A stretch of DNA of 64,000 nt from the human T2T-CHM13v2.0 reference genome, Homo sapiens: the NCBI RefSeq assembly GCF_009914755.1, contig NC_060947.1. One strand, written 5' to 3'. Shown here piece after piece: positions 27,710-42,211 of the stretch; the stretch's first letter is position 1, and every line of letters starts with the position of its first letter. The notes under the pieces were generated by a model. The model did no database searches, was not told the DNA's origin, and saw nothing but the letters and a program-made list of their open reading frames with translations. Position numbers and translations under genes: made by a program.

Positions 27710-29929
27710 TAACGAGGGGAGGATAGTTTTATTCATTTGAAACATCACAAAAGCAGTCTGAGTTTTCAACATGGCAGTGATACAGATTTTAAGCAACATC
27801 CAGTTTATACAGTTTCTGGATTAATATTTTAATGTTTCATGCCCAGTTCAGTACTTTAAAGCAGAATTAGGAATAAAGCAGTAAATATTACAAAATGCAG
27901 TCAAGATACATATTGGAAATACAAATCCATTCATTACAGCAAATGTTTTGCAAAAGAGTAAAGCAGCAAATATTAATTTTTCTAAGGTAACATGCACTTT
28001 ATATAATTCAATGTAATAAAAAAGCTGCTCAAATTAAGTGTTACAAAATCTATACTGTTTCAGGTTATTTTGTAAAGTAAGAAAAATACATAGAAATGAG
28101 CCATAGAATCTTAACACTTTAAGAAATGTGATAAATGTAGGATAAACTGTGTAATGGTGCCTTAAAAAATTAAATATGGACATTCACTAAAGCCAACGGT
28201 CAAATGTAAATGGCAAAAAAATTCATTGAGTATTACAAGTTGATATTTGTTTAGTTAGTCAGTTGGGTATTAGTCTCTTTTTGAAATCCAGTAGAATTTT
28301 AATATGCTCAGAACTGTAAAAAATCATAGTAATTTTGTATAACATAAAAGGATTATAGTTTTTCGGATTCAAAATCTGGATAAGAACATTCATGATGCTG
28401 AAAGTTAAACTGAATATCTTGCAAACATTTACTGTTAATGAGAGAGTGCACTTCTTGTGCCTTGATTCTTGATGGCTAAGTGTCTACAAGGTAGATGGGA
28501 GCACCAGCATTTGCGCTACCTCTAATCCATCAAGTTGGGAGGTAGCAAAATTGGCCGGAAAATTTTCCAGTGTGTGTTCTGTGTTTGGAGAACTGTCTAA
28601 TTAGGTACCCTCCTGTAGCCCCTGTATTTTTACGTTATAAAGTATAGGATTATCAATCTTCCTTTAAATCAATTCTCAGGTTAACATAAGATCACAATGA
28701 AGGTGTTCATTCTGAAGTGAAGGCATGGGTGCAAAAGCTTTAAACTCATCAGGTTGATGGTTTAAAGCTATGTGTAATTAAAAGAACTGTACAAATACCT
28801 ACCACGGTGTGCCAGATGGATTTTAAATCTGCCGTAACACTTAAATATTTGTCAAGTTGGCTACGTTTGAGGTTTTGCAGACTTGAAGCGGCATTGTAAC
28901 ACTTTCATAATCTTGAATGCTGTCATGACTGGTCTCAACAGACAAAAGGACCGATAAGACCAGTGGCATTAAAATACAGATGACTCTTTTGGGGTGGGGT
29001 GCAGGATACGTGCGGATTGCTGGGGTTAAGCACAATATTTGAAGATTAAATAGTCACAAAGATTAGTAACAATTCATATCACGACCCAAGAACCTAATTT
29101 ATAACATTTTTAAACTCTGAATTACAACCATAAGATTTATATCTCCTGTAGCAAATGTATTTTGTAATAATGCAACATGTAGTAGAACCACTGTCTCCTA
29201 AGTGATCTACTTAAAACATCTCACATGTTGCTGTGTATTTCAGTGTTTCCGGAACAATACATCCTGTTCCCCACTACTGAAGATGCAAGAATATTGCACT
29301 TTTCCCTTTAGGAGGTACCAATAACAAAAGCTGAGCTGAGTGATCACAACAGCCATTTTTACAATACTCACAGAGAAGGAAGGAGTAAGAGATACGGGCA
29401 GTCTTTTTCAACATCCAGACACAAGCAAACAAAATCTTAGCCAGAACTCTCTGTATTGGAACTACTGTGTAGCCCCATCAGCTGGGAAATTGTCCTTAGG
29501 GACTGACTTTAGGGGTAGGGAAAGATAGGGCCTATAAACCAGGTGCTTCAACCTAGGTGCTGGGGTGGCAATCTGCCAAGGGCCCGAGGGCAACACTCCT
29601 TTACATAAAGTGAAAAAGATGGCAACCACACTTCTGCTGAATACAGAGGTGGAGCATAGGGTAATGCAAGTCCAAACAAGCTTCTTGCTGGGCTGGCTCC
29701 CCAGTCTTGCTTAGAGAATGTGAGCTGCCCTTCTGTGCTGCGTTCAGCCTGACCACCCCTGCTCTGCACTAATAATGAATAAGCTTCGTCCCTATCTTTC
29801 CCTAGCCTGGCAGGCCATTGTAAAACTTTATGCATAAGAGTCACACTTTAAATTTTGTACCCTACACACTTCCACTGAAGCAGAAATACAAAAGCCACAA
29901 TAATCTCAATAGCCAGCAGGCATTCCTCT
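27710..29929 (-). other. TMEM255A: TMEM255A 3' UTR
   Basis: Lies between the TAA stop (29930-29932) and the poly(A) signal. Repeat-free and AU-rich. Confidence 0.7.
27728..27733 (-). terminator. TMEM255A poly(A) signal
   Basis: TTTATT on the plus strand, at the distal end of a repeat-free UTR-like region. Confidence 0.65.
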
Positions 29930-30088
29930 TTAGGGACTGTAAGGTGGTGGCTTTTCAAAAGGTGGATAGTAGGGTGGAGAGTAACGGGGCGGTGCACTTG
30001 AGGACCACATGTAGCTGGGTGAGGGAGAGGCAGACTGGGGCTCATCAGAAAGTCCAGAGGGAGGGGAGGATGGAAAGACACCGGAATG
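29930..30088 (-). CDS. TMEM255A: TMEM255A last coding exon
   Basis: Acceptor cacag, then HSGVFPSSPPSGLSDEPQSASPSPSYMWSSSAPPRYSPPYYPPFEKPPPYSP* (159 nt). Confidence 0.95.
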   Translation of the reverse strand, partial: HSGVFPSSPPSGLSDEPQSASPSPSYMWSSSAPPRYSPPYYPPFEKPPPYSP

Positions 30089-31067
30089 CTGTGTGATAAA
30101 AAGAAAACTTTAGTTTAGGCAGTGAGTTTGCAATTCCCTGAACAGTCATTACTATTTAAAAATGAATATGGGCCAAAGCTTTTTTTCTATTTGGAAGAAC
30201 AGAGAGCTCCCAAACCTCACAGAGTTAATGAGCCTGGAACAGGTGGTTCTCTCAGTCACTCAGGCTACAAGCCACCTGCAGAAATAGGGAATCCTCCTCT
30301 GCAACCCCTTGCAGCCCACATCCAATCAATTGCCAAATCCTGTTGCTTCTACTTCTGTGTTGTCTCTTGAATCCATCACTACCTTTTTTACATTTATAAC
30401 TCAAGCCTCCAATACCTCTCCCTTAAGCTATGGCAACAATGTCCCAACTAGTCTTCAAAAGGTAATTTTTGGCTTTGAGAACATTTAATGATATTAAGCC
30501 AGTGATCCCTGGGAAAGTCTTTGCTAAAAGAGTATATCACAGAGAGGTAGTACAGTGGTCAGGAGCCCCTCTCATAGACAAGAAACTAAGGTCAGAGAGG
30601 TGAAATAGCTTGCTCGGATCTGGAGTCTTCTGACTCCAAGTCCAACATTTTCTACTCCACCTTAACTGCTGCCCCCTCATCCCCAAGTGCAGAGTAGGTT
30701 GGAGAGCAAAGAGTAACAAAGGCATGGAGGTGAGAATGAGGAGCAATATGTCAGGTTGCAGAGACACTGAGTATTCAGTTTTACTTTGTGTTGTCTTACT
30801 TTGGGAAAGGAATGGAAATGAATTTTTTAAAATATGCAGTGAATTGGCAGGAGTCATTTGCCCCTTTCTCTCCCTGGCCCATGTATATCCTTGACTCTAG
30901 TGATTTCCCTGCTGAAGGAGAGGTGGCCTGTTGTGTTTGTTGCTGTATCCTCCAGAGCTCAGAACAGTACTTGCCAAGTAATAGGTGCTCAATAAATCTT
31001 GAATGAGTGAATACAACTTCAGGAGCATAGTAGATGAACTTGGCATGCTTTTAAAAAATAAAATCTA

Positions 31068-31375
31068 GGCCGGGCGCGGTGGCTAACGCCTGTAATCCCA
31101 GCACTGTAGGAGGCTGAGGTGGGTGGAGCACCTGAGGTCAGGAGTTTGAGACCAGCCTGGCCAACATGGCGAAACCCCATCTCTACTAAAAATACAAAAA
31201 TTAGCTGGGAGTGGTGGTGGGTGCCCGTAATCCCGGCTACTCAGGAGGCTGAGTCACGAGAATCGCTTGAACCTGGGAGGCAGAGGTTCCAGTGAGCTCA
31301 GATCACGCCACTGCACTCCAGCTTGGGTGACAGAGTGAGACTCCGTCTCGAAAATAAATAAATAAATAAATAAAA
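31068..31375 (+). mobile_element. AluS
   Basis: Full-length Alu with a (TAAA)n tail. AATAAAATCTA/AATAAAACCTA flanks. Confidence 0.92.
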
Positions 31376-33938
31376 CCTATGTCCAGATTTCTAAGCCTTG
31401 CTTGAGACACAGAAAAATCTTCCTTACCACATAATGTTAAGACTGAGAAGAGATGCTAGCTGCCATCATCCCCTGCCTCCCAAATCCCATCCATTATTTC
31501 ACTCCAAAGAAATGGCAGGGTCGTAGAACCTGGAGAGCCCTTAAAGGCAAAACAACCTGAGGCAGTGGACTCAAGACAATCTAGATTCCTTCTTAAAAAC
31601 TCAATTTTCCTCCTCCCTCCAAGAAGATACCCTTTGTTAAAAACATCGGTATAGTGATTTCCTGATTTTCCATCTTGCACCCTTCAAACTCTCCCTTCCT
31701 CCTCCTCTCCCTCCCTCCTGTTCTGTTGCTTTCCTCAACTAAGAACTCTCTCCTCTTAACCAGAGAGGGGAACAAAGACCCACCAGGGCAAAGAATCTCT
31801 GTGCCTGGGCATATGGCACTCACTGCCTCTCTAAATCCCACTACAGAGATGACATGAGAGGCAGCAGGCCAGTTTTAGGTGTTCCCAGCCACAGAAGGGA
31901 GAGGCAAGTTTCCTGAAGTGAAGCTAAAGGCAGTTCTGTCCTGAGAGGCATTAAAAGGCTTCTGTGGGCAGCAGCTGCTGTGGGTGGCAGTTGTACACTT
32001 TGATAATAAAAGGGGGTGGTACAACGGCCCTTGGGTTTTCACTTCTTAGTTTTGTGTTTGAGAAGTATGGGGGGAGGGGGTCATGATTCTCACTTCCCTT
32101 TGAGGATGCTGGGAGTCTTAAGGATAAAGCTGAAGGGTTCCTGGCAGAGCTAGGGAGCTAACTGGCTGCAGTCCACACACCCTTGGGGTTTAGCGGGGGA
32201 AAAGGCCCATAGTACCAGTGCATAGTTTCCTAGCAACAGGCAGGCACCTTGGGAAAGATCTGGCTTTGTCGCAGCCAGGGAGTTGGCCTGGTGTATTCTG
32301 GTTCCTGCCTGAGAGTGTGACTTTAATAATGCTGTGGGCAGCTCAGGAGAACAGAACTTTGAATCCTTGTGCACCACCAAGCACGAAGAGCATCTAAATA
32401 GCCTACTGCTGGGCCTAGTCAGCTCCAGCTTCCTGAGCGGCTTCTTAGAGGCTGGGGTGGCCAACAGGCTGATGGTGCTTGAAGAGGAGCACCACCCTTT
32501 CAGGGACACAGATGGCTTTCCTCTTCCACCTTAGCCTGCCTCCTGCCTGCCTGATGGCTGACCCACACCCTTCAAGATCAATGCGCATTTCCGTCAGGGC
32601 ATGCTTCTCTCCAGGAGCCTTGTGGGACAGTGACTTCACAAAGAGCCCAGGAACTGGCTGGTGATAATTACTAGTTAAAGACACTGTGTCCCAAGGGTAA
32701 AATCCCAGCATCTGTCGGTATTGTGCATTCCCTCTCTGTTCTGCCCCTGGAAGCAAAGGCTAGGGAGATGGAGAGAAGAGTGGGTAAAAGAAAGAGGAAA
32801 AAAAAAAGGATGAGTCAGGAACAAGGGAAAGGAGGGGACGAAAGGAAAGACTTGACAGCGGGGTGGCGGGCGGGTGGCGGGGGGAAGAAAAAGTTGAGTG
32901 ATAGCAACAACAGCCTTCTAAGGCTCTCAGCAACCTGTGCCATAAACTGTACCCTCCTAGGATCAAAGCAATCCTTTTAATAAATGGGCCCAATTTATAA
33001 TGAGTAACTTTTAGTGGCTAGGGTGAAACCTAGTGTACCCTCGTGATTAAATAAAGAGGAAAAATAGAGGCACTTTTGAATTGCATAGGTTGAGACTTTC
33101 GTTTTAAGCTTAAACTTGGCTGGTCACCAAATGGATAGGAAAGGGACCATTCCATGGTTAGAGTAAAGTAGGGGTACTGGCCCAGTATGCCAGACTGGGA
33201 AATATTGCTGGGAACCTTGAGGGGTTTATAAATAGCTGGGTTTAATTTCCCAGCAGAAGTGAAAACTGATGCTTTGTACCCTACAGATTTTGGACTACTT
33301 GGCTAAAGCTGAAGGGGTGGTGGGGAAATAGTGCAAAGGACAAGAGAAATGAGTGTTGGACAGATGAGCGAGGAGGCAAAGGTAGTCTCAGCTTATATCC
33401 TTCCTGCTTTGGAGTATGAGGAGTTCCTGAGAAGCAAGGACACCCTGGAGCCCAGTGTTTGAAAGAATCCAGTTTCTCTAAGCTCAGCACTCAAAACTTC
33501 CTCAGGGCCAGCTGATCAGACCCAAATCCTTGCTCATGTCTGACCACAAGAAGTGTTTCCCAAGCTTCCTCACTGGACAGCTACCCAATAAGGGTATGAC
33601 TTTGAGGGGTTAAAACAAAACATTATAAGTCTTTTTTCCTCATCCTCCTATTAGCCTCAGGGTCAAAAGGAAGTTGAAATCACCAAACCCAAAGTCACAG
33701 AAATAGTCCTACTTGGAAATAACCAAAATGGGAAGTCATTCAGAAGAAAGTCTAGAAAGGTCCATTTTCTGGCTGTAACTTAGGTCATTTTACAATCAGA
33801 AGAGCATGAGGGAGCTCTGGCCTTTTGGGGGTGGGTCTGTGCTTCAGGTGGTTTTATTGTCAGATCTGGAGTGCATTTGCTGACTCCTTTTTATTTATCT
33901 GGGAATATAAGCAGACGTTTCCTGCCCTCTTGACTTTC

Positions 33939-34234
33939 CTTTTTTTTTTTTTTTTATACAGCGCTTCTCTCTTGTTGCCCAGGCTGGAGTGCAATGGCGT
34001 GATCTCGGCTCACCACAACCTCCACCTCCTGGGTTCAAGTGATTCTCCTGCCTCAGCCTCCTGAGTAGCTGTGATTACAGGCATGCACCACCATGCCTAG
34101 CTAATTTTGTATTTTTAGTAGAGATGGGGTTTCTCCGTGTTGGTCAGGCTGGTCTCGAACTCCCGACCTCAGGTGATCGCCCGCCTTGGCCTCCCAAAAT
34201 GCTGGGATTACAGGCGTGAGCCACCGCGCCTGGC
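33939..34234 (-). mobile_element. AluS (Sp/Sq-like)
   Basis: Poly-T plus Alu body, with TGACTTTC on both flanks. Confidence 0.9.
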
Positions 34235-34922
34235 TGACTTTCTTGTGTAAAGAATGGTATTTTCGCCTATGAAACTATAAGGGAATGAAACTTGGTGAGC
34301 AGAAGAAAGCTAAACTAAAATACTAAAATGAAACCATTTAAGTTCTAGAGAGAAATCACTTAAAATCTTACCCCCTCAAGACTTAGGCTATACAATTATA
34401 AAGTCTTCAAACAGGAAATACTAAAGACATCTTGAGCCTAGGGAAAGAAGTGGGAGACATATAAAAAGTGTCCAAGCAGCCCCTGAATTCCCCTCTGAGG
34501 AATGCATGAAGGAAGGGAATCCTTTTTCAGTGGGGATCAAGAGTAAAGAGACCCTTTCTGAGGACCATGAGTCCAGTAGAAAGTATAAATATCCAGTAGA
34601 AAGTATAAATATCCCAAAATTAACTGGGGAAAGAGCTGTGCTCCGCTTAGATTCACAACTTCAAAAATCCCCCAACCCAATCTCTGGAATCAGTCAGCCC
34701 TAGATATAAATCCTTACTCTTTCACTTACCACCTCTGTGACTTTGGTGAAGTCACTTAATCTCTCCATGATTCAGTCATCTTATCTTAAAAATGGCAATT
34801 GCAAGAGTACTTCTCTTAAAGAGGTAAATGATTGAATGATGATATATGTAAAGCACTTAGCACAATGCTTAGTACATAGTAAGTACTCAGTGAATAGTAG
34901 CTGTTATTAAAAAGTAAGGGTG

Positions 34923-35295
<373 letters not shown>

Positions 35296-36012
35296 CTAAA
35301 TCTGGATCCCTTTTCTGGGTTAGGTATGCTGTTTCCATAGCATTCTGGGTAATGTTTTCTTTACTTTTTTGTCCCCACTACTGTCCCCTGACCCCCCACC
35401 CCCAAGTCCCTAGACTAACGCAGGGACTGTCTCATTTAATTTCTATTTCCACAGCTCCTGGCTCAATGCGTGGCACATGGAACACAGAGTAAACATTGAT
35501 TGAACTGAAACCAACAATCCAAGTCACCGTTGGCATTCTCAATCTTGCTTTCATTTCTGGGGTAGGATTTGAATGAGGAATGATGGCTCCATACCCAAAA
35601 GAGAGGTTTCCTATCTTATAATTTGTGGTAACCATCACCAGATGTATTATTGTCCCTACTTAAAGGGTTCATTATAAAGTGCAAATTCCTGAAATCAATG
35701 TAATTTACTTTGATATAAAAGTAGAGGAGGCCTCTTGGGCTAGACCCATGTGTGGCTCCTCTATTTAAGGATGACTTTTTATTATAGGGACCCCAAGAGA
35801 ATGATGACCTTCCTTGTTTTAGCTTCAACATCCCTGCATTCTCTTGAAGAATTCCTTGTTGCCTCGGTCACTATTGAAATTATCTATGCCCTTCTTGAAC
35901 ATATTTTTGTTTTCCAGTCTATACCACCTATTTGGGTAACAAGTTACCTGAGTTGTCTACCTGTGTACACAGTAGGCTTTAGAACGAATTTTATCATTAT
36001 ATTTTCTAAGCT

Positions 36013-36148
36013 TTAACCCATTTATGCCTAGTGTCCCATTATTGGAACGCTAAGCTTGTGGGAGTTATTTATATCCTCCTGCTCAAGGTCATCGCCAAGG
36101 TCTGATTTTTCACAAAAAAATTTGCAACCTCTGGCATCAATGGGTTAA
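36013..36148 (+). mobile_element. MER85 piggyBac MITE with TTAA target-site duplications
   Basis: TTAA|CCCATTTATGCC ... GGCATCAATGGG|TTAA around a 128-bp body with internal GTCCCATTATTGGAAC. Confidence 0.93.
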
Positions 36149-37304
36149 TGGATACCTTTTTGAACTAGTACTATATTTTATAAAAGTGAACAAGTACATG
36201 TGCACACTATATGTATTATTATTGCATTATGGAGCCACAGACCTCTCTGAACGGTATCTAAACCAACCACAACAACACTTTATTCAACTTAATCAGATTT
36301 TTAAGTTTCAGTTATTTTGCCAAACTGAAGTTGAAATTAGGTTGCCCAAGGGCTTTGTATTGCCAAACTGGCTGGTTAGTTGGAAGTACCCCCAGATAGT
36401 TGTACTTTTATGTCCCCATGGAACATTCATGGTCTCTTGATCAATAGAAGCAAATTTATTATGAGTTTCCCTTCCTTAAAAGGTATTTCCTTTGGTCTCT
36501 AAAGTTTGAATTAACTAGATTTTAGTGTAACCTTGCTCTTCTATGGTCAAGGGTTTATAATCGTTATACATACCTAAAGGACCATTTCACTTGTTTGCCC
36601 AAAGTGTCTAGTTCAGTGTTCTGCATGCAATGAATTCCTTTTAAGTAAGTGCCTTTTTTGGGTCTGGTTTTCTACTAGTAGTCACAGTTCAAAAGGAAAA
36701 GGGGAAAGTGCAAATTTGTTAACACTATTTCTGACTTACGTGATAACAGGGCAAAAGGGGGAGGGGTGTTATAAAAATACTCTGTGTATTGCTCTGTGTA
36801 GTCCTAGTTAGGAGGCCTGGAGAAAAAGAATGGGACTTCTTCCTCATTACAGGTTTGATTCAAACCCTTGTGTGGCTCAGAATGCCCTTGTGTTAAGGAG
36901 CAGGATTAGGCCTCTCCCCATATCAGGGGAATGGAAAAAGCCACTGTTGCACAGGGGTCCATGGTAGCGTACTAATGAGCTGCCATTTCCCAACTAGCTT
37001 ATCTTCTCCTTGGTGTAGTTTAAGGCAATTTGGGATACCTTGATCCTACCTCCCTCTCTCCCTTTTTCTTCCATCTCTCTGTTTCTTCTCTTGCGCAGCT
37101 TCCACCCGCCCATCTCTGCCATCGTTGCCTGCCTACATAGTCCTTAAGCTGGCAACCACAGGCTGCTGGCCATTAGGGAGATGCATGGCTACCTCATACA
37201 TATGCAGACAATGGAAAGGTTCCATAATTGAATTTAGGGAGAGAACAAGAGAGCATGAGTGAGAACAAGGGTAATACAGAGTTCTTTTTTCTCCCAAAAC
37301 ATAC

Positions 37305-37448
37305 CTGAAAGTCATAAGCAGAATATGGTGGCAGGTGAGGAGGGCTATGGTAGTAGGTATTGTAGGATGCCACTTGGGGATGAGCATAGTAAGAAACTGT
37401 TGGATGGGTATTTTCAACAGAACAGTTCAGTGCTGGGAGAGTTGGGTT
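37305..37448 (-). CDS. TMEM255A: TMEM255A coding exon
   Basis: 144 nt, flanked by ctacag and gtatgt, encoding NPTLPALNCSVENTHPTVSYYAHPQVASYNTYYHSPPHLPPYSAYDFQ. Confidence 0.95.
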
Positions 37449-39347
37449 CTGTAGAAAAACACAAATTAGCAACAACATAAACAGTCATCACTAGGAGAAT
37501 GGTTAAATAAACTTAGTACATCTATACTATGGAATACCATGCAGCTATTGATAAACAATGATGTGGACCTATTTAGAGAAGGTTGTCCAGGATATATTTT
37601 TATGTTTTAAAAGCCATTATGTTACATTAATATAACATGATCCCAATTTATGTTTTAAAAAAAGACCCCCAAAATTATACATGTATGTATGTTTGTAAAT
37701 GCAAAGAAATTAACCTGGAAGGATGCATAGCAAACTATTAACTGTGGTTTATCTCTGGGGAGCAGAGTAGAATTAGGAGGTATATAGGGATTCTTAACTT
37801 TCTACTATATATGTCAGAATGTTTACAACTAATTTGTATTGTGTCATTTTCCCCAAACTTTTTAACTTGAAAAATTTAAACCTATAGAAAAGTTGAAATC
37901 ATTTGTGTGATTTTTAAAAACAAGAATTAAAAAGAAAAAATAAGACTCAAAATGCAAAACATCAAATAGAGAAGGCCGAACCAGCTAGTGTTCTTGCTGT
38001 GACAGAGTGTGTTCAATCACAAAGAATTTGTAAAAGTTGTAAGGATTCTTAGAGATCCCAACCTTGCTAAGGGGGTCTCCTGAAGACATGAAGGGTATTG
38101 ATTTCTCATCAGCCCTGTAGAGTAGAGGCAAAATCCTAGCAGTGCACAGAAGCCATGAAAGACCAAGAAAAATATATTGATCCCCCCACCTTTTTTTTTT
38201 TGCAAATAAAACGATGCAGACATAATTTTATATCCTTTTCACAACATGGTGGTGTGTGTAGCCCTTCAAGGGTTAAAGCTAACCTTGTCCAGAATGGAGG
38301 CCCTGCTCTCATCAGAGCCAAAGCACTGCTAAAGGAAGTTACCACTACTCATTAGTTCCCAAGTAGGACTGTGCTTTGTGCCACATGGATCAAGGTGTGG
38401 GGTAAATGATTTTTCCATCTTCTATGTCATTGATACCTCCCCCATTCATGTGTATAATTGAGAGCTGTCTGAAAAATCAATGTGTCTTCCTTTTGGAACA
38501 TAGCTACAGCACATTAACAGAGAAGCAGAAGCTTCCTCTCAAGTGATGAAAATGTGTAGGCAGGCTTTGGCAGTCACAAAGGCAACCATGTTAGGGTGTT
38601 GGCAGGGGGAAACTCCCTTCCAGCAAGTTTCAACACAGTTCTGTTGCTCTCTTCCTTGGAGTGGGTTACTGTTTACATCTCTAGGAGGTTTGAAGAGCTA
38701 CAAACCTCAGTCATAATACAGCTCACAGACAGCCAGATAAATGTTTGTCAGCCTCTTTAATGTGTGAAAGAGGGCTGAGATCTTGACCATTCCAAGGGCT
38801 GGCTTGCTTTACATTTACTCAGAAATGCCCTTACCTCTCCCCCAGAATTCTTTAAAGAAATTCTGTCTCTGGGGAAGTACCAGAAATCATGTTCCCTTGG
38901 CATACTGTCAATTAAAAACACACCCTCCAGCTCTCGCAAAATGAAACCAGCTCTTCTATCTAAATAAATTAAGCCTAACTGTGGAGAAACAATCATACAA
39001 TGTAAACTATATAAAAGTTTTTGTGTGTTCAGCAAGGCCAAGGGTCTAGACAATATTTGAAAGGAAGTTGACTATTTAGAGAAGGCAGCACAGAAGAAAC
39101 ATGAGAGTAAGATTAAATGGGTATAGGAAAGTCTCTGAAGAGAAGACAGTCAGGGGTAGAGGATATAGAGAAAATGGACAAGCCAGCAAGAGAAGGAAGA
39201 AGAGGAAATGGGGAATGGAGTGAAGACTTAGTCAGGGATGGGGCAAAAGAGATGGGCCAAAATAGTGGTCTGGTTATATTTTAAATCAATAAATCTGATT
39301 TTACAATAAATTTGGGCCCTGTTTCTATTTGTGTGCACGTATAGGAG

Positions 39348-39378
39348 TGTGTGTTTGTGTGTGTGTGTGTGTATGTGT
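39348..39378. repeat. Interrupted (TG)n microsatellite
   Basis: Read directly from the sequence. Confidence 0.85.
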
Positions 39379-41457
39379 ATTTCTGTTAGAATTCTGGGGC
39401 TTACGTTGTGAGACGCCCGCCCTGCCCCCCCATTATTGATCAGTAGCATTCCGAGCTCCAGTAACACAAAAGGTTACTAGGTAGCACAGCAAATGGTGAA
39501 AGCAATCTTGCCTGGACAAAACTGAGTCTATTCTGAGACAATGATTGTGGACTTTGGAAAGAATGCTACTTTTTTTCCCTCTCCAGTTTACTCTAAACCA
39601 GCGATACCAATTAGGAGAAAATGGAAAGATATATTCACTTTTTAAAAATTCATCTCAAATCCTCATATCTTTGGTCAACAAGCACTTCTTCAAACATTTC
39701 TTTAAGATCTTTTTCACCAAGCACCTCTTGTCAGGGTTCCTTTCAGGATCCCACAACTTTGGAAATGGTGGTTCCTAGCTGATTCCATTGAAGACTGCCA
39801 GCTCACAGCCCTCGGCTCCTGTCCTCACTCTCTGCAAACGGCTTTCATCAGCCAGCACCCCCGGGCCTCCCTGCAGACCCCGGGGACTCTACTCAGGGAG
39901 AGGCACATCACAAGTCACCAACCACACTTGGATGTAGGCCAAGGATTGTACTTAGGCTCACCTGAATGATGTTCCTGGACTTTTTACACCATGGTCTTAT
40001 TTTAATAGAGTGATCTAGGCAATGATTCCTCCTTGGTATCCTTATCTGTGCCCCCACTGGTTCTCTAATCTCATGAATCAAAGATCTTCTCCCCAGATCT
40101 TTGCTTTCATTTTTTTTCTGCCCTGGTCCTTGATAGAGTTCCCGGGATTCACATTTGATAATGCTCGGTACTTCCCTTGCTCTCCTTCCGTACTGTCAAA
40201 GAAGCTCCCAACAGGTGGAAACAACTTGCTTTTAATTTTTTAATTAAATCAACTAAACAAAGGAGGTAATATATGTTAAAACACTCATAGAACCAGAAAG
40301 GGCTACCCAAATGTTAGTCAGGGGCAGCTGGGATGAAATAGAAAGAGCAAAGGCTCTGGCATTTGGCAAATCTGGGCTCCAGTCCCAGTTCTGCTACTCA
40401 GCTCTGGGCAAGTCACTTGACCCCTCTTGGCCTGTTTCCTCACCTGTTAAACAGAGACAGTAATACCTACCTCACAAAGTAGTAATAGTGAAGATTAACT
40501 GTGCAAAAGCACTTTGCAGAGGGTTAGGGGCCATTATTGCCGCTATCAAGACAGACCATCAGCAAACCCATTTTTTCCTCAGGAGATCAAAGATAACAGT
40601 GAAATTAAGAACGCAGAAACAAATCTATATATCTGCAGTTAATTGATTTTTGACAAGGTTGCTAGGATCATAAAGTAGGGAAAGAGCAGTGTCTTCAACA
40701 GATGTGCTGGGAAAACTGGATATCCACATGAAAAAGAATGAAACTGAGCCCCTAACTTATACTAGATATAAAAATTAAATCAAAATGTTTCAAAGCCCTA
40801 AATGTAACAGCTAAAACTATAAAATTCTTAGGCAAAAATGTGGAAATCATGACCTTGAGCTTGGCAATAGATTCTTAGATATAACACTAAAAGCACAAGC
40901 AACAAAAGAAAAGATAGATAAATGACACTTCATCAAAATTAAAAACTTTTGTGCTTCAAAGGCCATTATCAAGAAAGTGAAAAGACAACTCACAGCATGG
41001 GAGGAAGTACTTGCAAATCACATATTTGATAATGCTCTAGTATCCGCTATTTATAAAGAACTCTTACAACTCAACAACAACAAAACAGATTTAAAAATGG
41101 GCAGGATTCTTGGTCAGTGGCCAGGTCTCAGCTATAGCAGGGGAGTGGAGGGTGTGGGATGCTGGGGGTGCCCAGCTCTGAAGCTCAGTGTGGGGCCCAA
41201 GACTGAGGCCCCCAGCCCTTACAGCTGCTCTGTGGGGAGCCCTGTCTGCACCTAGGGCCCTGAGCATTTGCTTAGTCACCTGGCTTGTTGAGGCAGGGGG
41301 TCCCCAGGCCGGAATCCATGGAGGGCTCTGGGCACCTCTCTCAGTACTGAGGGTGCCTCTGGGGAGCATGAGGACCCTGCAGCCCAGGCCTTGTCCTTAG
41401 GGTATGGGAAACTGAAGGTCCCATTGACTGAGGTTGGCTTTTACGCACTTGATGCAC

Positions 41458-42138
<681 letters not shown>

Positions 42139-42211
42139 TGCACTTTACCTGGGTTATCACATCAGCCCTCACAAGTCCACAGGTAGGTGCTACTAGTGCT
42201 GTTGTTTACAG

